Below are positions 38,014 through 47,157 of a stretch of 64,000 bases of DNA, one piece after another. Each line of letters starts with the position of its first letter. The stretch's first letter is position 1. The notes under the pieces are model-generated. The model made no database searches. It saw only the letters and a list, made by a program, of their open reading frames with translations, and was not told the origin of the DNA. The stretch covers positions 775-64,774 of the forward strand of contig JAXHVB010000018.1 of the NCBI GenBank assembly GCA_034189125.1. The letters are read 5' to 3'. The stretch comes from Pseudomonadota bacterium. GTDB taxonomy: Bacteria > Pseudomonadota > Gammaproteobacteria > Pseudomonadales > UBA5862. A program made the translations under genes and the position numbers.

Positions 38014-39009
38014 TCAGCCGGTGCTCCAGCGCTGCAGGTGCACGCATGCGTGGTTGTGCAGGCGGTAGTAGGCCCGCTTCAGTGGGGGCAGGCGGACCGT
38101 CGAGGTAACGATCGGGTAACCGAATTGCTTCAGGGTCTTCCCGACCGAACCTTCCAGGGTGCGCAGCTGCGATGGGGTCCATTGTTGGCGCCACTTTTCG
38201 GTGTTGCTGGCCTGCACGGGCTGCTGGAGCAGCGGTGTTTTGCCTGCCTCGCCGGACTTTTCAAAATGGATGACGCGGGGGTCGTACTCCATCTGCAGGT
38301 AACCACAGACCTGGCGAACCGTACCTTCAGGGTCGGTCAGGAGGTCTTCGTAGCGGATCTCCAGGTACTGGTTGCCGGCCATGTTTTGGCCCAACTCGTT
38401 GCCGATTTCGACGTACTGTTCCCATACTTTGGCGGCAAAATAGGGGTTGTACACGCCAAAATCGGTACCGCGCGCGAGCATGGAAGCGGCCACGTCGCGC
38501 CCGTCACGCACCAGGTGGATGAACTGGGCTTTGGGAAACCAGTCGAGGAGTTTCGGCATGTGCAGCACGTAGTATGGGGTCTTGTCTCCCCAGCGGTGTT
38601 TGCCCTCTCCGGCGGCATTCTTCTCGAACAGACCGGCAATCAGGTCACGCACAGTCCTCCGGCCTTCCGCCCAAAGTTCAGGGGCCAGGCGGTCAATGTC
38701 GAACTCGATGCCATGCAGGTCCGTGTCCAAGAATTGCGGGTTTCGTCTGTGCAGGTCTTGCAGAAAGGCCCGGATGCCGGTCTCGGTTTCGAGTGCTTTG
38801 AAACGGGTCTGGTCACGGTACAGTGGAACCAGGAAGTGGGACTCGCCGGTTGGCAGCGACAACTCCGGATGGGACCGCAGCATGTATTGCAGCAGGGTGG
38901 TTCCTGACCGGGGCGCCCCCACGATGAAAACCGGGGTCTCGCTTGACCTGGCCTGGGGATGGCCACCCACGGACTGGGCTCGGCTTGTCACCTGGGCGTC
39001 AGTGTGCAT
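38014..39009 (-). CDS. sulfotransferase family protein (PAPS-dependent type)
   Basis: 5'-PSB 'FIVGAPRSGTTLLQYML' and 3'-PB 'IHLVRDGRDVAASM'. I prefer the start at the internal ATG 39009, which gives an 11-nt overlap with the upstream GT2. Confidence 0.8.
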   Translation of the reverse strand: MHTDAQVTSRAQSVGGHPQARSSETPVFIVGAPRSGTTLLQYMLRSHPELSLPTGESHFLVPLYRDQTRFKALETETGIRAFLQDLHRRNPQFLDTDLHGIEFDIDRLAPELWAEGRRTVRDLIAGLFEKNAAGEGKHRWGDKTPYYVLHMPKLLDWFPKAQFIHLVRDGRDVAASMLARGTDFGVYNPYFAAKVWEQYVEIGNELGQNMAGNQYLEIRYEDLLTDPEGTVRQVCGYLQMEYDPRVIHFEKSGEAGKTPLLQQPVQASNTEKWRQQWTPSQLRTLEGSVGKTLKQFGYPIVTSTVRLPPLKRAYYRLHNHACVHLQRWSTG

Positions 39010-40000
39010 GGGGGTCGGCCGGACCCGTGCTGACCGCCTGGACGGTGCCCACCGGCGGCTCAATGGGCTGGTGCCGGTCTTGCCAGAGGCCGTGCAAGGT
39101 CCCGAAAAAGTGCCACAGGATCATCTCCTGGGCAAATGCTTCCGGCGCCGGCTTGGTGAATCGCGCGGTCAGCGCACGCGCGCCGGCACGCAGGGTCTGT
39201 ACAACCAAGTAGGGAGGGATACCGCCGATCCGGCGTCTTGCCGGAACTCCGAGGGTGCGCGCCAGGTTGTGACTGGTTTGTCGCCGCCAGCGTCGGAAAT
39301 AGGACTTGCGGGTCCTGAAGGCTTCGATGCGGTGGTGCACGCGGGATTCCGGAACGTACACGAGCTTGGCGCCCGCAGCCAAGAATCGGGTGAACAGCTC
39401 GCTGTCTTCGCCGCTGGCCAGCTGATTTCCCCTGCGACCGCGGTGCACATCGAAGTCTCCGTGCTGGTCGATCAAGCGCCGTCGAATCGCCATGTTGGCA
39501 CCGAACGGCAGTTGCCCTGGGTGTTCGATCAGGTAGGGACGGGTGTCGACCTTGACCGCGAGAAAGCCGAAAAACCGTTCGGTGAGCCAAGCAGGGGGCG
39601 GGGTTTCCCAGTCAGGTGCAATGTACCCACCGCAGCCGTCGGCTTGCTCTCGCTCCAGGGCTGTCACTGTGGTTTGAATCCAGTTCGGCTCCGGACGCAC
39701 GTCGTCGTCGGTGAACAGCAACAGCTTGCCAGCGGCGGCGCGAATCCCGGCGTTGCGTGCGTGCGACAGACCCTGCTGAGGCTCGAAGACGTACCTGAGC
39801 TGTGGGACATTTTGCCCGCCGCGCTCGACCACGGTGCGGGTGTGGTCGGTGGAGTTGTTGTCCACCACCACCAACTCCCAGGGCCAGTCGGGTGGAACCA
39901 CTTGTGCGCCGAGCGCAGTCAAGGTGTGGCGCAACGAATCTGCACGGTTGTAGGTGCAGACGATGACGGATACCGCCGGGCGTTCGCCAGGGCCGGTCAT
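38999..40000 (-). CDS. glycosyltransferase family 2
   Basis: 'VSVIVCTYNRADSLRHTLTAL', 'VVDNNSTD' and 'FTDDDV'. Confidence 0.85.
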   Translation of the reverse strand: MTGPGERPAVSVIVCTYNRADSLRHTLTALGAQVVPPDWPWELVVVDNNSTDHTRTVVERGGQNVPQLRYVFEPQQGLSHARNAGIRAAAGKLLLFTDDDVRPEPNWIQTTVTALEREQADGCGGYIAPDWETPPPAWLTERFFGFLAVKVDTRPYLIEHPGQLPFGANMAIRRRLIDQHGDFDVHRGRRGNQLASGEDSELFTRFLAAGAKLVYVPESRVHHRIEAFRTRKSYFRRWRRQTSHNLARTLGVPARRRIGGIPPYLVVQTLRAGARALTARFTKPAPEAFAQEMILWHFFGTLHGLWQDRHQPIEPPVGTVQAVSTGPADPHAH

Positions 40001-40770
40001 GGTTGCCGGTGTCCGAGCCGGACAGCGAGGCGCTGGGTGAGGTAGCGCGCGCGGGCACGGCGGCTGCCATCATTGGTCCCGAGCGCCACTTTGTGCAGCA
40101 AGGCCGCTGGGCTGTCGGTTCCGAACACATCCAGTCGACGCAGCAAAAAGGGGTCGTCCCCTTGTTGATTGAACCCGCTGCGGGTGGTGAATGCGGCCGA
40201 ATAGCCGGCTTGGCGCGCTGCCTCGACGACGGCCGGACTGTGTTGTCCGTAGGGGTATGCAAGGAGCCGCGAGTCGAGCTCCAGCTCGTCGAGTGCTGCG
40301 CGACACACCTGCAACTCGTGCTGCAGCGCATGCGCCGGAAGGGTGGATAGGTCTGGGTGGGTGTGGCTGTGGGCATGGAATGAAAACCCCGAGCGCCCGA
40401 GCGCCTGTATGGCGGCAGGATCCAACAGCGGATGTGCGGGGGTGCTCCAGTCACTGGTGCCGCCGAGCTTGCCGGTCACCAGAAACACAGCAGCAGGCCA
40501 CTTGAGCGCGGCCAAGGTTGGGGCGGCGCAGTCCACGAGGTCGGCGTAGCCATCGTCAAAGGTGACCAACACTGAGCCCTCGGGCATGGTTCGGTGGCCC
40601 AGCAGCCAGTCCAGCGCGTCGGCGGCGCTGATGCCACGGTAGCCGGCAGAGGCCAACAGGCGCAGCTGGGCGGAGAAGCGCTCAGTGGCCACTGATTTTC
40701 CAGAGGATTCCCGCGCATGGGGTGGGCCAACGCGGTGGTACATCAGCACGGGAAGGCGCGTTGCGTTCAT
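39997..40770 (-). CDS. polysaccharide deacetylase (NodB/CE4)
   Basis: 'LMYHRV', 'VLVTFDDGYADL' and 'FHAHSHTHPDL'. Confidence 0.85.
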   Translation of the reverse strand: MNATRLPVLMYHRVGPPHARESSGKSVATERFSAQLRLLASAGYRGISAADALDWLLGHRTMPEGSVLVTFDDGYADLVDCAAPTLAALKWPAAVFLVTGKLGGTSDWSTPAHPLLDPAAIQALGRSGFSFHAHSHTHPDLSTLPAHALQHELQVCRAALDELELDSRLLAYPYGQHSPAVVEAARQAGYSAAFTTRSGFNQQGDDPFLLRRLDVFGTDSPAALLHKVALGTNDGSRRARARYLTQRLAVRLGHRQP

Positions 40771-41747
40771 GGTGACTGGTCTTGCAATGGCTTGCGCTCG
40801 GCGACTCGCACCAGGCGTTCGAACCAGCGCAAAGGCAAGAGCGCAGGGATCAGATAGCGCAGGTCTCTGGGCCCGGCGATCCCTGTGCTTAAGGTTTTTC
40901 GAAACAAAATCTGGGCGTCTTCGAACTGGCGTTGCCAGTAGGCTTTGTACGCCTCCCGCAGCAGATACCCATCGGTGAGGGCACGCAACCGCTTGCGGTC
41001 CAGATGGGCCACGGTGGCCGGATGGGTCGCAACAAATTGTTTGCGCACCTGCCAGGCATCAATCACCTGGCGCCATTTGGTTTTTGAGATCTGACCGCTC
41101 GAATGCCAGCGGTAGAACGCCAGGACTTCCGGGACCCGTGTCAGCCGTTGGGTGTGGGCGAAGACCTTGAGCCAGAACTGGTAGTCCATGGCAGAAAATC
41201 GGTCAGTGGAGAACCCGCCGACGGCCTGCAGGGTTTCTGTTCGCACCAAGGCAGCGTGGATCGGCCAGGGGCAGGTGCGAAGAAACTCCGCCGCGGTGTC
41301 CATTGCAAGGTAGTCCGGCGGGATGAATGGCGCCTGGCCTGGCGCGTCATCGCCAATGTTCTGCCAGCCACAGTACGCAAGGTCCGCAGAAGCGTCATCC
41401 AGAGCCGAGTTCAGGCGCGCCAGGCATTGGGGTGCCCAGAGGTCATCGGCGTCGAGGAAAGCGATGCGCGTTCCCCGGGCCGTCGCGATGCCACGGTTGC
41501 GCGCGGGGTAAGGTCCTTGGTTGGTTTGGGTCAGCAGGTGAATGTCGATCTCTGACCTGGCGGCCTTGGCCTGGACCCGTGCCCGGGTGTCGTCGCTGGA
41601 ACCGTCGTCAATGACCACCAATTCCAGCGGGCGGTGGGTTTGGCGGACCACCGAATCGATGGCCGGATCAATGTGGTCCGCGCTGTTGTAGGCGGGCATG
41701 ATGACGCTGATCAGGTCGTTGGCGGGCAAAACGCTGTGAGGCTCCAC
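40767..41747 (-). CDS. glycosyltransferase family 2
   Basis: 'ISVIMPAYNSADHIDPAIDSVVRQT', 'VIDDGSSD' and 'FLDADD'. Confidence 0.85.
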   Translation of the reverse strand: MEPHSVLPANDLISVIMPAYNSADHIDPAIDSVVRQTHRPLELVVIDDGSSDDTRARVQAKAARSEIDIHLLTQTNQGPYPARNRGIATARGTRIAFLDADDLWAPQCLARLNSALDDASADLAYCGWQNIGDDAPGQAPFIPPDYLAMDTAAEFLRTCPWPIHAALVRTETLQAVGGFSTDRFSAMDYQFWLKVFAHTQRLTRVPEVLAFYRWHSSGQISKTKWRQVIDAWQVRKQFVATHPATVAHLDRKRLRALTDGYLLREAYKAYWQRQFEDAQILFRKTLSTGIAGPRDLRYLIPALLPLRWFERLVRVAERKPLQDQSP

Positions 41748-41847
41748 TCGGTCCGTTGCACCGCCTGTTGGCGGTGGATCGCGGGGTCGATCGATGCTTG
41801 GGTGCGGGCGCGATTTTCCCCCTCAGTGTAGCAGGCGGTCCGGGACA

Positions 41848-43026
41848 TCATTCGCCCTTCGATGGGGCCAGCAAGGCCGCGTAAATCTGCAGGCACCGCT
41901 GCGCCACCGCGTCCCAGGGAAACCTCCGTGCGTGGGCGCGGCAACGTGCGGGGTCGAAGTGCAGTTCGGCGCTCAGAAACTGGCGCAGTGCGCCGGTGAT
42001 GCTGGGTTCATCCGGTGTGTCGACGAAATACCCACTGACGCCCTCGTCGACCGCCTCAACCGCACCCGCAAGGCGTGCGGCGAGCACCGGAACCCCACAG
42101 GCATTGGCCTCCAGGTAGACAATACCGAATCCCTCGTGGCTGCCGGGCACCACGGAGGAACAGAGGATGAACAGGTCACTGGATCGCAACTCGCGGTGCA
42201 GTGCGGCGTCGCTGAGTCGGCCCAGAAATTCCACCTGTCTCGTTAGGCCAAGCTGCGCGGTCAGCTGTTCGAGCGCGCTCCTTTGGTAGCCGTCTCCGAT
42301 GATGCGGTACTGAAACGCTTGTGTGTCCTTCAATCGGGCAAGCGCGCGCAGCACAACGTCGAGGTTTTTGCGGGGTTCGGACAGGCGACTTACAGTGACC
42401 AGTTGCGCAGGCTGGCTGGTCTCGCGGGGGCGTGCGATTGGGTCGAGAAAAAAGCGCTCGGCCACACCGACATGGGCCACATGCAGGCGTTCGGCACATT
42501 CGGGATGGCGCTCCACCAAGGCGTTGGCGGTGTAGTGGCTGTTGGCGACCAGCGCCTGCAGGCCGCCGAGTTCATGGCGCAGCAGGCGTGGCGCGATCCA
42601 CCTGCGCCCCAGCTCACGGCGCAGTGGCTGCAGGCGGTCCGACAACCGCCACAGCCCCGGCACTTGCACGGGCATTGCCGCCCGCAGCCCATAGGGGCGC
42701 AAGAAATCGTTGCCGTGTACCGATGCCACCACCGGGCGCGTGCTGCTGTGGGCGAGGGCGCCGTACACGGCATTCATGGCGTGCCACAGGTCAACAGGCT
42801 GGCGCTGGATGATGTCCAGGTCGTGGCGCCAATCGAGGTTGAGCAGCGGGTGCACCCGCGCTCCAGGCACCTCGGCGCCAGCATGGGTGCGGCAAAAGAT
42901 GTCGAGTTCAATGTCATGCCCTGCAAGGGCCCGGCACAGTTCGAACGCATAGGTTTCCACGCCGCCGAGGTCGGGGGGGAACTCGGGTGCCAGCACCCCG
43001 AGGTGGAGCGGCTTGGTCACTGCCAA
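41848..43026 (-). CDS. glycosyltransferase family 4
   Basis: 'EGFGIVYLEANACGVPVLAARLAGAVEAV' and 'SRLSEPRKN'. Confidence 0.85.
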   Translation of the reverse strand: MAVTKPLHLGVLAPEFPPDLGGVETYAFELCRALAGHDIELDIFCRTHAGAEVPGARVHPLLNLDWRHDLDIIQRQPVDLWHAMNAVYGALAHSSTRPVVASVHGNDFLRPYGLRAAMPVQVPGLWRLSDRLQPLRRELGRRWIAPRLLRHELGGLQALVANSHYTANALVERHPECAERLHVAHVGVAERFFLDPIARPRETSQPAQLVTVSRLSEPRKNLDVVLRALARLKDTQAFQYRIIGDGYQRSALEQLTAQLGLTRQVEFLGRLSDAALHRELRSSDLFILCSSVVPGSHEGFGIVYLEANACGVPVLAARLAGAVEAVDEGVSGYFVDTPDEPSITGALRQFLSAELHFDPARCRAHARRFPWDAVAQRCLQIYAALLAPSKGE

Positions 43027-44930
43027 GTCTCCAGGCGGCGCAGCGCAATCCAGCCGTTCCCATTGTGCGCCGTTGAGGCGTCAAGGTGGCTGGTGTAGCC
43101 CGGCACCTGGGGTGTGGCGTTTTCGGAGCTCGCGGCCGGCTCGAGGGCCACCAGCACCAGTTCTTCCCCGGTCCCAACGGGAACCACAAGCCAATCGGCT
43201 GGGCCAGCAATGGCAGCAGCGGATCGGTGGCGTCCGCCACCGGCTTCGGCATTGCCACCAAGAACGGAGGGCGGCAGACCGATTCCGGATTGGTGAAGCA
43301 TGCGCAGGGCATCGGCCAATGCTGAGCGCAGTGCTGGGTCGGGGTCCTGGCCACACAGGTGAAACAGGGTTTCCGCCCAGAACACCAGCGCGTAGGCTTT
43401 TTTGGGCTGCTCGCGCCAGTGTTCCAGCAGCCCGCTCGTTTGGGTGAATGCGATGCCTTGTTCTAGGGCTTCATCAACGCCTGGGCAATGGCTCCACGGG
43501 CGCAGGCGAGCGAGGTCCATCAGGTTGATGGACTGATAGGCGTCAGCAGTCCCCTGGATGGACAGCGCACGGTCAATGTATCCGTTGGGCATGACCAGGC
43601 GTGGCCAACGCGACTTGAGGCGGTGCAGCCTCGGGGCCAGGTACTTCCAGCCGAATCGTTTGATGGCGCGCATGGGGAGCGGCAGCGCGGCGGCAGTGTG
43701 CTCAGGCTGCATGTCCAGCCCCAGTATCCAGCTCACCAGGCGGTACAAAGGTTCCATGGGGCGGGCTTGCAGCACCGCTTGCAAGGCGCGTTCGGCGGAT
43801 GCGATCACAGCCGCGTGGGCCGAGTCTCCAGTGATTGCCTGATGGCGCAGCAGGGCAATGAGGGTGTCGATCTGGGTGTTCAGCACCAGCATGTTGCCAG
43901 GCTGCTTGCCGAGCGCGGTGCTGGAGGTCCACTTGAATGGACTCTTGGCCATGGCCTCTGCGCTTTGCTCAAGGCTGTCATGCAGGAACCAGACTCCCGC
44001 GTCAATGGTGCTGCGCTCGCCGACGATGAAGGCAACCGCACGCTGCAGTGCTGGCAACAGTGTGTTGTCCTGCTCCAGGGTCCAGTGGTCGAGAAGGCAA
44101 TGGATGGCGCTGCAGTGCAGGCGGTAGTGGCACTCCAGTTCGTCGGTCCAGAATCCGTGGTACCAACCGCCGTCAGGGCTTTGCCGATCAAGGATGGAGA
44201 GCACCATCTGGTGGCGTAGAAGCGCCGCGCAGGGGCTGTCGGCGAGTTCCCAACCGCGGGCGATTACATAGAGCGCATGGGCATCGTTCTCCGAGCAAAT
44301 GCGTCGGTAGTTCGGCCAGGAGCGCCGGTTTTCGTAGACGTGCCCATGCACCCAGTGCAGGTAGAAGTCCTGCGGGCTCTGTACCCGCTGGTGCGAGCCC
44401 CAGGGGTGCAGCGCCAGAGCAGCGGCTTCTCTGATGGCCAGCCAGGACTGCAGGTCCTCAATGCCATCCAGCACCCAGTAGACCAGGTCCAGGCAGTGCG
44501 ATCCCGGCAAGTGGAACCGAAGGCGGTGGGCGTCGTCATGGGTATGCCAACCGGACAGGGTGGCGTTGGATTCGATCTCGATCTGGCCCTTGTCGTCGAT
44601 GCGCCGCTGTTGGGGAACGCAGGGAATCCAAAGCGGGGCAGCGTGGCCTCGTTGATCCACCAGCAGCCAGCTTCCGTCGGCTTGCTGGGTCGCGGCCATT
44701 GCCTCTGGAAGACAGACATCTACGGATGCGTCATGGCTGGTGGTTGAGATGCGCAGTGACCAGACAGTTGCCGCAGTTCCACTGAAGCGATCGCACAGCC
44801 AGCTCAACTCAAGGCCGTCTTGCTGTTCGGACCAGCGGTGGCGCTGCGCTGCAGCGGTTTCGGTGGTTGGCTCCCCAGCGGTTGGCGGCAGCTGTGTTGG
44901 AGGTCGAATGTGGATGGTTGCTTCGGCCAT
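43017..44930 (-). CDS. hypothetical protein with alpha/alpha-toroid-like region (glycan epimerase/lyase-like?)
   Basis: The ATG at 44930 lies 8 nt after the stop of the upstream GT2 and gives 637 aa. 'LDRQSPDGGWYHG' and 'FLHDSLE...NMLVLNTQIDTLIALLRHQAITGD' resemble alpha-toroid glycan-modifying enzymes such as the glucuronyl C5-epimerase C-terminal domain. This is only a pattern resemblance. Confidence 0.5.
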   Translation of the reverse strand: MAEATIHIRPPTQLPPTAGEPTTETAAAQRHRWSEQQDGLELSWLCDRFSGTAATVWSLRISTTSHDASVDVCLPEAMAATQQADGSWLLVDQRGHAAPLWIPCVPQQRRIDDKGQIEIESNATLSGWHTHDDAHRLRFHLPGSHCLDLVYWVLDGIEDLQSWLAIREAAALALHPWGSHQRVQSPQDFYLHWVHGHVYENRRSWPNYRRICSENDAHALYVIARGWELADSPCAALLRHQMVLSILDRQSPDGGWYHGFWTDELECHYRLHCSAIHCLLDHWTLEQDNTLLPALQRAVAFIVGERSTIDAGVWFLHDSLEQSAEAMAKSPFKWTSSTALGKQPGNMLVLNTQIDTLIALLRHQAITGDSAHAAVIASAERALQAVLQARPMEPLYRLVSWILGLDMQPEHTAAALPLPMRAIKRFGWKYLAPRLHRLKSRWPRLVMPNGYIDRALSIQGTADAYQSINLMDLARLRPWSHCPGVDEALEQGIAFTQTSGLLEHWREQPKKAYALVFWAETLFHLCGQDPDPALRSALADALRMLHQSGIGLPPSVLGGNAEAGGGRHRSAAAIAGPADWLVVPVGTGEELVLVALEPAASSENATPQVPGYTSHLDASTAHNGNGWIALRRLETWQ

Positions 44931-44938
44931 TCTCGGGG

Positions 44939-45946
44939 TCAGCGCATGCGAATGGATGGGGGGCAATCGCCGAAGCGGCGGAACAGGTAGTCGCGGGTCG
45001 CCTGGCGCAAGGCGCGTTGGCGTGGCGACTTCCACAGCAGGATGGCGTCCTTCAGTGCCCAGTAAACGCGGCGCACCGGACCGGTGCCCGGGGAGCTTGT
45101 CCAGGCGACCTTTGGCACCAGGCGGCGCAGGGCGGCGAACACCAGTGTGAGCCATTCGCGCCTGGGCAGATGTCGTTCGGCGAACAGCAGTTGGTTGCGG
45201 GCGCTGAAATAGGCGCGCAGAGGGGAGTCTTCGCCCCCGAAAGTGGCGGCTACTTTGTGTCGCACGAATGCGGCAGTGCACACCCGGCTGTTGTAACCTG
45301 CCCGGCGCGCACGCAGGCACCAGTCGGACTCCTCCCACACCAGAAAAAATCGCTCTTCAAACAAGCCAATCTCGCGCAGTGCGTCGGCGCGCAGCAGAAT
45401 CGCCGCCCCTGTGACCCAATCACAGTCGATCCAAGGTGTGGATGGGAGCGCACTGCGAGGGGCACCTTCCAGGTGGTGGACGCAGTTGAGCAGCCCCGGG
45501 CCGAAGCGTTCACCGGCCGTGCTGATGAGGTCCGGTTCGTGCGCTGAGCAGATCACAGGGCCAATGGCTGCAGTTTTTGGATCCTGTGCTGCAGTTTCCA
45601 GCAAAGCATTGAACAGACCGGGCTCCGCTTCCGTGTCGTTGTTGAGCACAAACACGTACTCTGCGCCGGTGTCTAGAGCGCGCTTGATGCCGACGTTGTT
45701 GCCGCCGGCATAGCCGAGATTGCGCCTGGTCTCGATCACTTCAACCTGCGGATAGCGGGCTCGAATCTCGGCCACCGAGTCATCTGTTGACCCGTTGTCA
45801 ACCACCAGGACGGAGGGCTGCTCAGGACAGGCTGCAGTGAGGGAGTTGAGGCACCGCAGTGTGTCTGCGCACCCATTCCAGTTCAGCACCACAGTCACCA
45901 CAGTCGGGTCGGGTGGCGCAGTAGACTCAGGGTTGGGATGGGTCAT
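44939..45946 (-). CDS. glycosyltransferase family 2 (rhamnosyltransferase-like)
   Basis: 'VVTVVLNWNGCADTLRCLNSL', 'VVDNGSTD' and 'VLNNDT'. The start at ATG 45946 overlaps the upstream stop (ATGA). Confidence 0.85.
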   Translation of the reverse strand: MTHPNPESTAPPDPTVVTVVLNWNGCADTLRCLNSLTAACPEQPSVLVVDNGSTDDSVAEIRARYPQVEVIETRRNLGYAGGNNVGIKRALDTGAEYVFVLNNDTEAEPGLFNALLETAAQDPKTAAIGPVICSAHEPDLISTAGERFGPGLLNCVHHLEGAPRSALPSTPWIDCDWVTGAAILLRADALREIGLFEERFFLVWEESDWCLRARRAGYNSRVCTAAFVRHKVAATFGGEDSPLRAYFSARNQLLFAERHLPRREWLTLVFAALRRLVPKVAWTSSPGTGPVRRVYWALKDAILLWKSPRQRALRQATRDYLFRRFGDCPPSIRMR

Positions 45947-47157
45947 GGCAGCAGGCGCCCGAGGCGTTCGCGCAGGCGCCAATACAGCGCCTTGAACGGG
46001 CTCGCACCGGTGTGTGGGTCTGAGAGGTCCGTGCGTTGCGGGTGCTTGAGCGCGTGGGCGGTTGCCTCAAGGTACGCGCGCCCCCAGCGTTGGTCGGGCT
46101 CAAGGTAGGCACCCTCGGCCCATTCGTTCCAGGCGTTGATGAACAGCAGGCGTTCGTCGCCCCGGAATTCATCCAGTGTGCGGGCGGCCATGTGTTGCAG
46201 CCAGCGCTGATATTCAGATGGCGTAGAGTTGACCAGGATTCGCGCATTGCGCTTGCGCCGGGCGCTGTTGTCCCAGGCCGGGGTTACGCAGTGGAACCGC
46301 TTGAACGCAGGGGCTGGTCGCTGCATTTTGCCAGCGGCGACCGCTGGGTACGCGAACACGTCGTTTTCCATTGGTGCGGCTGAGATCAACCGCAGTCGGG
46401 CGAGCAACCGATGCAGGCGACTGCGGTAGAGCTTGGCACCCATCTCGCGCCCATCGGGTGCAAACTCGAGTGCTGCGTCGAACCCCACGGATGTGGGATC
46501 CACGTCACGTTCGAAATTTTCCACCCGCACCAGGTACAAACCGGGCAGGCCCGCGGCCTGGGCGGCCTCGCGCCAGATCCGCGCGGTCGACGCTGGATCC
46601 GGAAGCAGTTCCGTGCGGTAGACCAGCAGCAGGGGCTTGCCATCGACTCGAATGTAGCGGGGATCCTGAAGCGCGGGGAGCAAGGCAGCGATGTGTGCAC
46701 GGTCGTCAGCCTCGCTGTAGTGTTGCTCCAGCAACACGTCACGGTCCCCTCCGCTCCAAGTGCGGGTCCAGTTCTCGTTGGCCCAGCACAGGCAAAAGGG
46801 AAAGTCAGGCTCACCGCTTTCCAGGACTTCGTTGAAAGGTCGCTCCAAAATTCGCCGACCATTGAACCAATAGTGGTAGTAGCAGAACCCGTGGATGCCG
46901 TACTCGCGGGCAAGTGCTGCCTGGGCGGCGCGGGTTTCTGGCAGGCGCAGGTCGTAGAACCCGAGGTCTGCGGGCAGCCGAGGCTGGTCGTGGTTGCGAA
47001 ACCTCGGCAAAGAACGGGTGACATTGGTCCATTCCGTAAATCCCTGTCCCCACCAGCGGTTGTTTTCCGCCACCGGATGAAACTGCGGCAACAGCAAGGC
47101 CAGGGCCCGAATCTCGTTGCGAGCGTTTGGTTTCGATTGCGTGGGGGGATGAGTCAA
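45943..47157 (-). CDS. WbsX-like glycosyl transferase/hydrolase-family protein (GH99-like fold)
   Basis: 'LLPQFHPVAENNRWWGQGFTEWTNV', 'FCYYHYWFNG' and 'CLCWANENWTRTW' are hallmark WbsX (Glyco_tran_WbsX) motifs as I recall them. Confidence 0.75.
   Translation of the reverse strand: MTHPPTQSKPNARNEIRALALLLPQFHPVAENNRWWGQGFTEWTNVTRSLPRFRNHDQPRLPADLGFYDLRLPETRAAQAALAREYGIHGFCYYHYWFNGRRILERPFNEVLESGEPDFPFCLCWANENWTRTWSGGDRDVLLEQHYSEADDRAHIAALLPALQDPRYIRVDGKPLLLVYRTELLPDPASTARIWREAAQAAGLPGLYLVRVENFERDVDPTSVGFDAALEFAPDGREMGAKLYRSRLHRLLARLRLISAAPMENDVFAYPAVAAGKMQRPAPAFKRFHCVTPAWDNSARRKRNARILVNSTPSEYQRWLQHMAARTLDEFRGDERLLFINAWNEWAEGAYLEPDQRWGRAYLEATAHALKHPQRTDLSDPHTGASPFKALYWRLRERLGRLLP

Noticed and set aside
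36636-40045. Two long plus-strand ORFs (36636-38108, 490 aa; 38582-40045, 487 aa) opposite the minus-strand operon
   Set aside because: Both are antisense shadows of the GT2 fusion, orphan, sulfotransferase and GT2 genes. They have no motifs and an implausible composition.
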